A stretch of 20,000 bases of DNA from Chiloscyllium plagiosum (Eukaryota): the NCBI RefSeq assembly GCF_004010195.1, contig NC_057719.1, forward strand, positions 32,603,159 through 32,623,158, written 5' to 3'. Position numbers and translations under genes: made by a program. This document shows positions 10,763-20,000 of this stretch, piece by piece. The notes under the pieces are model-generated. The model was not told where the DNA came from and searched no databases. It saw only the letters and a list, made by a program, of their open reading frames with translations. Each line of letters begins with the position of its first letter. The stretch's first letter is position 1.

Positions 10763-11596
10763 TACACTATTCTCATTAGGGCAGCAATTTCAGAGGCCGG
10801 GGAACAGCAAAGGACTCTCGGTTGCTCACTCAGCCCAGGGAGGATTCCCCAGTATTAGGGACAGGGAACTGTTACAGTTACATAGACGTAAGAATGTCGG
10901 TAAGAGGTTTGAGTTGCTGTCATCATTGACCTTGCTGTTTCCTAGATAGATTACTTGGGCTTTAGCAATCTCGCTGTTTATGAGATTGACCACTAGGTCA
11001 GTTGACTGTACTTTCTGGACGAAGGCTCCTTTTGCTCTGTGTCCATTTCCCAGGTGTCGCTGTACACTAGGACTGGCCTTTGATCAAAGTTCTGATCTTA
11101 ATTACCTTGGTGTAGTCTTTTAACTTTGCACATGATAGAACTTTAAATCTTCAAAAATAACTTCCCATAATTCTACTTGGATTGTGCTGGCTTTAAAAAC
11201 AGCAAACCTAAGAAAGCCCTTTGCAGGTTTTTTTTCTCAAATTGCTTTCAAAGCAACAATTTACCCAATTATATTCGTACATTCTGTCGGGGGCTTTAAA
11301 TTGAGCTCCCAGTTTGATTCAAGCAGTCCCCAGGCTGTGTCCCCCAATTTCATATGAATGCAGGGAGGATGCCTTACAAACCCCTGGGTAAGGAGTGATG
11401 AGCTGACATCCCTTTCTTTGATCGCCCACCACTTTGATTGGTTGCAAAAAGGTTAATTTGATAAGTATTCTCCCTTTGTGGTACTTTTTTCCCAGACCTT
11501 ATAAATTTACTTTAAATAAGAAGCTTTATTTAGTTAACAAAGCACTGTTTTTATTAGTGACTGAATGTGAGAAGAATCAATAAGACAACGCCCATA

Positions 11597-11920
11597 GGAG
11601 CAGCACGGTGGCTCAGTGGTTAGCACTGTTGCCTCACAGCGCCAGGGACCCGGATTCAATTCCTGCCTCGGTCAACTGTCTGGACTTTGCACATTCTCCC
11701 CGTGTCTGCGTGGGTTTCCTCCGGGTGCTCCGGTTTCCTCCCACAGTCCAAAGATGTGCAGGTTAGGTGAATTGGCCATGCTAAATTGCCCGTAGTGTTA
11801 GGTGCATTAGTCAGAGGGAAATGTAAGGGAATGGTTCTGGGTGGGTTGCTCTTCAGAGGGTCAGTGTGGACTTGTTGGGCCAAAGGGCCTGTTTCCACAC
11901 TGTAGGGAATCTAATCTAAT
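11597..11920 (+). mobile_element. Full-length HE1 V-SINE
   Basis: GGAGCAGCACGGTGGCTCAGTGGTTAGCAC head, V-domain and GGGAATCTAATCTAAT tail. Confidence 0.95.
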
Positions 11921-12756
11921 AACAAGTGAGACTAAACAAGATAAAAGTTTCAAAAAAAGATATACAGACCAGTCTTTTATGTCAATTGTGCAGAGCAAAT
12001 AGTACAATGTTGCAAATGTTACAATGTACAGTATTTGTGGTATTGATGCTGCTGGTTGAACAGTCAATTTAAAGATCCTTGGCTTTACAGATTGCTTCCT
12101 TTTCAAAGTAAATAGCTGGAGGGTTCAAAGTGAGTTGAACAGTTTTCCTTTCTTTACTTGCAGTGTGGGAGGTATATAATGGCTGTTTCCAAATCTGTGA
12201 GCATCAATGTACGTTTGTCCATACATTAGTACATCAAGCCATTAACACAGAGACCAGGAATTGAGTTGCTTTTGAACTCCTTTTTTTTAGATCCCTTGGA
12301 AGGAAAAATAATAAACTTGTTTGCAGGAGATGACTTCCTGCTGAGAGAGGGTTGAGTTGTCAGCGTCTTGTTGTCTTTTCCCTTGGTAATCTTCTTGCTC
12401 GCTATCGCCCTGACTCTGTACAGATGTGAAATTTCATGGGTCCACATAGGATTCTGAAGACAAAATGAATCTAGATCCACAATCATCTTTTTAGCTGTAG
12501 CAGTCCTCTTTAAGAAAGAAATATGTGGCATTAAAATTTGGATATGTCAATAAGTCCTCAGAGTTCTGTCCAATCCATTGCCATGATACAGCCGATTTAC
12601 AAAATCGTCTGAGCAGGATCAGATAATGTTCTTATACAAGTAACATCAAAAGGATATATTGATAGAAGAAAAATAGCTGCCTTTCACATAAGAGCTTTTC
12701 AGAATTCTGAAATCGCTGTGTATGAATGGATCAGAAAATTTTCTATCACATGTTTT

Positions 12757-12810
12757 TCACTCACTCATCATTGGCTAAACCAGCTTCATTCCTCGTCCCT
12801 AATTGCTCAG
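12757..12810 (-). mobile_element. Left half of an old LINE-tail-related repeat, interrupted by the LTR
   Basis: CATTGGCTAAACCAGCTTCATTCCTCGTCCCTAATTGCTCAG resembles the start of the repeat at 19007 (CATTGCTGGTTAGGCAAGTATTTATTGTCCATTCCT). It appears to resume at 13974. Confidence 0.5.
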
Positions 12811-13973
12811 TGTGACCATACTATGGCTTCAAGAGGTGTACTTTGCTCTGGTCTTTTTTTTTATGAAGAGAAGTTGCGACAGAGGTAATGAGTAATCTAC
12901 TCGAAGCCGATAAAGTAGACAGCTTTTTTTAAAAGTTGGAATAATAGAAGTTCCTGAATGGGTGGGGTCAAGCTCCCACAGATCTATGGTTTTTAGTTAA
13001 GCTTTCAGAAGCAGTTACTGGGGTCTTGAAATGGGATGTAGAAACACTTACTCCTCTCTCTGTTACAGCTAAAATCTGCAGTTCTCTTCCTGCTGCTAGA
13101 ATTGCAAGTGAGTCAATCTATTTTACTGAATTTGCCTTTGCCAAGGGTGTGTTAATGGGATGATACTATGTTGGAATGGTTGATGAGTAGTTTATTATTT
13201 TAAGTATTTTAATAGAGTTACAATAAAGCCAATTATTTTCTTTTCCTTTTTATTTTGTCTATATTTTAACAATAGTGTGTGAAAAAGGTCTGTAGCATTC
13301 AAGCCTGGCAGTTTGACCAATCAAATTGCATTTGAAACACAACAATCATAGAGTCATAAAGTCACATAGCACAGAAAAAGTCCAACTAGTCCATGCCAAC
13401 CATAATTCCAAACTAAACTACTGCCACCTGCCTGCTCCTGGCCCATATTCTTCCCAGCCTTTCCTATTCAATGTACCTATCTCCTTTAAATCATTCTGCT
13501 CTCACCTTAAAAATGTGATCCCTGGTCTTGAATTCCCCCATCCTCGGGAAAGGACAACTGCCATTAATTCTATCTATGCTCCTCATTATTTTATAAAAAT
13601 GGGACCTGTATAAGTTTGTCTGTCAACCTCCTGCACTCCAGTGAAAAACATCCCAGCCTACCCAGCCTTTCTTTATAATTCAAACCCTCCATTCCCAGCT
13701 ACATCCTGGTACATCTCTTCTGAACCTTCTCCAGCTTAATAATATCCTTCCAATAAGTGGGTGAGTCGAACTGGGCACAGTACTCCAGGAGAGGCCTCAC
13801 CAATGTCCTGTACAATCTCAACGTGACTTCCCAACTCCTATACTCAAATGCCTGAGCAATGAAGGCAATTGTGCCAAATGGTCACCTGGCACTTGCTTTT
13901 AAAAGAAGGAAACGATAGGGTCCAGGCTGTCTCCTTGATACGTTTTAAGGGGGATTTCGGCTGGTCCATAAAA
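12811..13973. mobile_element. Probable solo LTR (Gypsy-like), interrupted by CR1
   Basis: Starts TGTGACCA and ends TGGTCCATAAAA (decayed TG...CA inverted termini). Flanked by TCAG/CTAG, a possible decayed 4-bp TSD. It splits a host repeat. Confidence 0.5.
13346..13880 (-). mobile_element. CR1 LINE 3' fragment (5'-truncated)
   Basis: Minus strand encodes FGTIAFIAQAFEYRSWEVTLRLYRTLVRPLLEYCAQF..YWKDIIKLEKVQKRCTRM*LGMEGLNYKERLGRLG, the CR1 ORF2 C-terminus. CATAGAGT-type tail repeats lie at 13346-13370. Confidence 0.92.
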
Positions 13974-14037
13974 CTAGAGAGCAATTAAAAGTCAGTCACA
14001 TTACTGTGTGTCTGGAGTCACATGTAGGCCAGACCCA
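13974..14037 (-). mobile_element. Right half of the repeat interrupted at 12810
   Basis: AGAGAGCAATTAAAAGTCAGTCACATTACTGTGTGTCTGGAGTCACATGTAGGCCAGACC continues the recalled shark repeat consensus ...CCCTAATTGCCCAGAGGGCAGTTAAGAGTCAACCACATTG... Confidence 0.55.
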
Positions 14038-15802
14038 TAGAGTATCTCTACGGTTATATCGATAATAATAAAAGCGCTGCAAATGTAGTTGATTGTATAG
14101 GTGCTTTAAACTGCAAATGGTTCTCTGTTGCCCAGACCTGCACTGGATACCAGAACTGCACCAGCAATCCTGTACAAAATAAAAATCAATTGGCATATTC
14201 CTAAATTTTTGTGGGCAATTATAATACAGCCTATTCCATATCTCCAACTTGGCTATTGGCTAGATTTTGATTTTGAAATAGCTAGCTTGATTTAGATATT
14301 TCCTAAGTTGGAGGGTGTACCTCAATATAAAGTATCCCAAAGCGTGCGATTTTCTCTCTGGTGGGTGAGTGTTGGCTAGAGTTGGGCCTGCCAACCCTGG
14401 AAGCAGATCCTAGGCAGGGGTGAGTGAATACCAAAGTGAATAGCTACAAGGCCCACCTCTGTTTGACTCAATCCCATTGGCCCTCACACTTCATTTCCAT
14501 GGGTGTCCATACCCTTTGTGCCATTTCCCGAGCCACTCTCATGCGTAGGCCTCAGGAGGAACGTAGAGTTGATAACAATCTAACATAGCTCTTGCTTCTA
14601 CACATTTGATGGTAATAGAAATTCCCACTCTTAAAATACTTTCAGTGAATTTTAAATCTCCTGAACAGGTTAATCACCCATACAAACAAACACACACTTG
14701 GATTTTACAGTCCACTGTGTTCATCACACTCCATGACTGAAATGTTGGGTTGGAGCCTGACCATGAGAACATCTGGCTGTCCTGCTGTCATTTTACACTC
14801 ATGTGAATGGCAGCTTTTTAGCACCAGCAGCTCCAGATTCAAGATGTTGCCTTGGCTGGGATTATGGCTTGTCTCTGAAGAAAGGGAGGCTATGGAGGAG
14901 GTACATGTCATATTTACTAAGATTATCTTGGAGTTTCAACTTCAAGTGGTGGAAAATATTGACCAGATTTTGATATTCTATCCCCAAAGCAAATAACCTG
15001 CATTTCAATGATCTGAACCCCAGAGTATTTACAGACATGTGTTACCTTTAATTCCAAAATGTATATCTTTAAAGGCAACTACAGAAAGAAAGCTGCAGCT
15101 ATAAATTTCAAAAAGGCCATGTGTAAAACAATTGTAAAGCACCATGGAAACTTCAAACAGAAAGGGACTTACCATGAAGAGCCTTCTATTACAAACCATG
15201 CCTGTTTACCCCTCAAGGAATATACAAATAAGTGTTAAACACTGACTGCAACATAAGTCTCTGTGTTATTGGCTGTCTTAGCGTGTGAACCAAGATGGTG
15301 AGGGCTGCAGTTTTGCGAATAGCTATTTTAAACACTCTGGTGATGCTGGTAAAACAGAAGCTAAAGACTCTCTCACTCTGAAATTCGTTCACTGTCAAAA
15401 GGAATCAAAACAATGGAATATTTGTGAACCTTTAAAACAAAACTCTCAAAATTGCTCTTAACTATTCACATCAATGCTAGTGGTTCTACTCAACAATGGC
15501 TGCAACATTGTCACTTGTATTTTCCTGAGCAATTCAGAGGCTGATCCATGTATTTCTATTTTTGCTTTTATCTTTTTGGACTATCTTTCATTCTACTGTG
15601 TATATGTACGTTGCATTATTATTCTTCCTTGCATTGAATAATTAATAAAAAGAGACAGTTTATTACTTGAAGAAACCTAATCAAATTGGTATCTTTTAAA
15701 ACATAAGCTAATTTGGAACTGAGAGAAATGTATCAACAAGGAAAGGGCTGCATTTTTAATTAATCTTGTTGCAGCCAACTGAGAAAGTGGATGATTAACC
15801 AG

Positions 15803-16132
15803 TTGGAATCCCTACAGTACAGAAAGACACTATTTAGCTCATCAAGTTGCGCTGACCCTCTGAAGAGCAACCCACCAGCCAAGCCCCCACCCTATCCCCA
15901 GAACCCCACATTAACCATGGCTATTCCACCTTGGCTGCACATTCCTGGACACCACAGGACCAATTCACCCAACCTGCATATCTTTGGACGTGGGAGGTAA
16001 CTGGACCATATGATGGAAACCCATGCAGCCACAGGGAGTAAGTGCAAACTCCATGCAGACAGTCACCCAATTGACCCTAGATTCCTGGCACTGTGAGGCA
16101 GAAGTGATAACTACTAAAGCACCATGCCATCC
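15803..16132 (-). mobile_element. Old, diverged HE1 V-SINE
   Basis: Collinear with the copy at 1323-1630 (GACCCTCTGAAGAGCAACCCACC, AACCTGCATATCTTTGGAC, GCAAACTCCA, CACTGTGAGGCAG) but with many substitutions. Confidence 0.85.
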
Positions 16133-16763
16133 TTGATATGGTGAATTCATATCAAGGATGGCAGGAACTTAACAATGTAGGATATTCCAGCTGGAACAGT
16201 AGCACATTTTTGTCTAGAGTCTATTCCTAATACCTAACACAGCCTTTGTTAAATTGATAATATGCCCTTTTTAATAGGAGAATTAAATGGATGGTTGTGC
16301 AATGTGAGGTTACCTGTGAGAATCGTGTTCATGCAAGTGATAATAATTGCTATGTCTTCAAGTAGATGAAAATAGTAGGTCCCCAATCACTATTAATGAG
16401 GCTAGTTACTGTACTGAAAACTGTTCCGAAATTGTTTCCTGAGAGAAATGGAATAGGAACCATTTGTAATAATGGCAAACCAGTGAGATCATTTTTGTTT
16501 TATTGTGCTAACACTTTGGTTCAAATGATAAAAATCAAAAGTAATATTGGCAGGTGCTGTCCAGCTGTACATGGCAGAAAAATGTACCATGAGCTATTGA
16601 GTATTTTAATTGGATAATACATCTTAAGGTTCACAGTATTGTCAAGTTGCCCAATGTTTCCTCTCATGGTTTATTATTACGTCTGAATCCTTTAGTATAA
16701 TATGTTTTTTGTGGACATTTTAAAAACCCTGCTCTCATATTCATTATATGCCTAGGATTTTCC

Positions 16764-16935
16764 AGGAGAAAGTGAGGACCGCAGATGCTGGAGATCAGAG
16801 CTGAAAATGTGTTGCTGGAAAAGCGCAGCAGGTCAGGCAGCATCCAAGGAGCAGGAGAATCGACGTTTCGGGCATGAGCCTGCTCCTTGGATGCTGCCTG
16901 ACCTGCTGCGCTTTTCCAGCAACACATTTTCAGCT
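16764..16935. mobile_element. Palindromic mini-PLE (family A) with apparent target-site duplication
   Basis: Perfect 57-bp inverted arms at 16799-16855 and 16879-16935 with a 23-nt loop. Flanks are CTAGGATTTTCCAGG (16752-16766) and CTAGGATTTCCCAGG (16934-16948). Confidence 0.82.
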
Positions 16936-19006
16936 AGGATTTCCCAGGGTTTATTTCAGTGAGGAAGGGCAGCCAACAAATGGGGAAAATTATTATTTTA
17001 ACAGGTTGATCTTATTTCAAATGCAGGTGCCAGAGATGAAAGGGCAGCGTTTGCATTTGGCAGACCTGAAAATTATCAGAAAGTTTGCTTCCAATGAATT
17101 TTCTTTGGGCCAGAAAAATAATAGTGGGAATGACAATAGGTTATGGTTTTTGTTCATGTTATATTGCTTTCATTTTTTGTCACAATACCTTTTACAACCT
17201 CGTCACAACAAATATTTAGTCCTCCAGGACTTTCATCAATCATAAATTCTAACAGTTTCTTTCCTCACTGGACCCTGTCATATTTTCGAGATGCTCTGAT
17301 AGCTTTCTGAGAGACAGAGGCTTTGTCAGGTTTCCAAACCTCTTGTGGCATCTATCATTGGTGACAGACTTCATATGCTTCTTTCACATTCCCTTCTTCC
17401 ATTATTTGATTATCATTGTTAACTGTTTATTCTCCTTTTCATATTGAGCTCATCAGAAGATGTTGAAATGCCTAAGCAAAGAGAAGAATTGCTTTCACAA
17501 TTCCAGCATTTTTTTTGCAAATCTCATACAAATTGCCTGAAGTAGAATCTCAGCAATCACAGAAGAAAGTCTGCTTGACTGCAAGGTCACCCTACATGTA
17601 ACTGTGAATAATGTATTTGTGAATTGCAGGTTGACTGAGCAAAGTTTTCATTTTCTCAGGAAATATTTCAAAGAAAAACATAGGGCTGATGTAAGAATTT
17701 GAAATAGCTTAATTACAATTAATGTGATTACTTCAGTCCACATACTCCATACCTTTGGTTGTTGTCATTAAACTTTAAGTTTCCTATTTTAAATCACAGC
17801 TGCTTTCATGGTTTTCATCAAGGAAGTAATGACAACTGATTAAAAATTGGAAAATCTCTGACCTTTCATCCCAAGAGGATAACAAGTTGAAGAATGGGCT
17901 GAATCAAACATATTCTTTCCTCAAACTTCTCCAGGATATGTGGCATTCTCAACTTCAAAGGAGCAGCCTTAGTGTGTTTCTTACGGTTGTGGTCTTTAAT
18001 TCAAGTTCTGAATTAGTGCAGAAATGCAAACCAAATTGCATTCTTTCATTTCAGTTTCTTCAGGAATTTAATAGAGAAAGGTTTCATGATGTCATGTTCA
18101 CTGAGGTGAGGAGGCATATTCTCATGTAACGGAGTGAATGACAGTGATTTTTTTTCTCCTCTGAGAAGCAGGGGATGCTAAATCAGTTAAAACGATAAAA
18201 CTGAGATAGAATTTTTACGGATCAAGAGTATGGAAAGATATAGTATCTAGATGGTATAGAATAAAAGATTAATTATAGCTTTAGTCTCAGAAAAGTTACT
18301 GAGCATGTGCGAAGCAATCTATGTGGACAGATACAAGGTGACATGGAAATGGAGATTGACCACATAGGTCCCAGAACATACTCTCCATTACTTTGCCTTG
18401 TGTTAGTTATGTTTAATAAAGTTCGTAAATGTTCACTTACATGAGTATAGACCTCATTTCACTATATAGCAGCAACAGTGACCAGGCCAACAGAGCTACA
18501 GGCAAGTGCTAACCCTGAAATGAAACTCAGCACAAGTACGTCGCTGGGGTGAAGAATCGCCTGTCCAGTGATTCAATGCTAGAAATGGGGGAAATGCCTG
18601 AAGAGAAGCTCATCACTGACAGAAAGAAGTAAGCAACAAACTTCAAGTCCTATGTGCAAAAGATGAAATGCCTCAGCATTATTCGAAAATATTATTCAGC
18701 CAAAGTGAGTAAAACAGTATTGTCACTCAAAGGCATAGGCATAGGGAAGAAATTGTTTTTAAAAAAAGCAAAGAAACTAGGTGTTGTGGATATCATTAAG
18801 GAACCCACAATCAGGGACTCAGCCAGAGGGTCTTGAGTACCAAGAAAATAGCTTCACCAACAGCACAGAAGATGAAACACAGCCCACAGCAGTCTGCAGG
18901 TGTTCCAGCAGTACAGGACATGGTAGAGCAGGATAAATTCTTCCTGTCGCATCTATCAAGCCTAATGAAAGATCTGCAAGGCAAACATTTTCTTTCAATT
19001 TTATGT

Positions 19007-19472
19007 ATTCACAGGTTATGGGGGGCATTGCTGGTTAGGCAAGTATTTATTGTCCATTCCTCGTCAACATTGAGGTGGTGAGCTGTCTTCTTGAACCACT
19101 GCAGTCAATTTGCTGGAGGTAGACCCACAATGCCATTAGAGAAGAAATTCCAAAGGAGCTCCTTAACCCAAAAAAATATATATTTCCAAACAAGAACGGA
19201 ATGTGCCTTGGAGAGGACTTTACAGATGTTCCCATGGATCAGTTGCCCTTTTTGTTCCTGATCGTAGCAGTTGAGTTCAGAAGGTGTTGCCTAGAGAATC
19301 TTGGTGAACTTCTGTAGTACATTGTGTAGATGGTACACACTGCCATTGAGTGTTGGTGGTGGAGGGAGTGGGGGGCTTGTGGTCTCAATCAAGCAGGCTG
19401 CTTTGCCATGGGTGCGTAGATGTGTGCTTTTGGAGCTGTGTTCATCCAGGCTAGTGGGGAGTATTACATCAC
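19007..19472 (-). mobile_element. Old jockey-group (CR1/L2-like) LINE 3' fragment
   Basis: Minus-strand remnants VM*YSPLAWMNTAP..., KAACLI and HSLHHQHSMAVCTIYTMYYRSSPRFSRQHL resemble a LINE ORF2 C-terminus. Confidence 0.7.
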
Positions 19473-19594
19473 AGCACGTCAGGCAATATCCGGGGAGTAG
19501 GAAAATTGACAATTCAGGCTGGAGCCCTTCATCAGGAGTCTTGTGCTTTCCCAGCAACACACTCTCAATGCTGATCTCCAACTCACTGTCTCCT
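19471..19594. mobile_element. Diverged PLE family-A remnant with internal inversion and broken hammerhead
   Basis: Minus strand 19535-19508 reads CTGATGA-A-GGGC-TCCA-GCCT-GAATTGTC (GAAA core mutated). It is followed by the + strand tail TGTGCTTTCCCAGCAACACACTCTCAATGCTGATCTCCA...CTCACTGTCTCCT. Confidence 0.65.
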
Positions 19595-19601
19595 AGTATT
19601 A

Positions 19602-20000
19602 CAGAAGAACCTCGATTATCCGAATACCAATTATCCAAAATTTGGATTTTCCGAAGGAGATCTCGAGGTCCTGGTGGAAACATTACATCAAAGACATGTT
19701 TCAACAGTGATTGTGTCTTTGTTTACAGTGATTAAACAGGCACCATCTCCAAATGGCTGACCTCCCGCCCTCTCTCTCCCCACACATTTTCCCTGAAGTT
19801 TGACAGAGGGGTGTACTCGAACCACTCCATTCCCCAGATGATCTCTCCAACATTGTCCTGCACAGGGCAAACGTGGAACCTGTCAAAACGTTGCAGTAAA
19901 AAGGTGTGTGTGTGTGCCTGTGCTCTATATTGAGACATACCCCACAAAGGCAGCAGCAGCAGTTTTGTTGTTGGTGTCCTGTCCGGCTACCCCGGAGAGG
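19602..20000. mobile_element. Tigger/pogo (Tc1-mariner superfamily)-like DNA transposon terminus; extent uncertain
   Basis: TA|CAGAAGAACCTCGATTATCCGAA followed by subterminal repeats (ATTATCCAAA, GATTTTCCGAA), which resembles pogo/Tigger TIRs with a TA target. No partner TIR in the window. Confidence 0.55.

Noticed and set aside
18654..19081. Adjacent short Lys-rich ORFs
   Set aside because: No recognisable domain or splice structure, and the second ORF runs into a LINE remnant.

Overview
AT-rich, repeat-dense vertebrate non-coding DNA, most likely from a shark or other cartilaginous fish (inferred from its HE1/V-SINEs). No intact host gene can be supported. The ORF track is explained by decayed retroelements, SINE read-through and a 23-bp minisatellite. 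Contents: five HE1 V-SINE copies, decayed CR1 LINEs, a Rex1-like RT fragment, a probable solo LTR inside a three-layer nested insertion, a Tigger/pogo-like terminus, and a GC-rich VNTR inside a probable non-autonomous retroposon. There are also five Penelope-like element (PLE) remnants from about three families. The most notable signal is that the PLE remnants carry minimal type-I hammerhead ribozyme cores (CUGANGA-N-helix II-GAAA with a palindromic ACGU/AGCU helix III). Several are arranged as long fold-back palindromes, and one has an apparent 15-bp target-site duplication. All family assignments rest on recalled motif similarity and were not confirmed by a database search.
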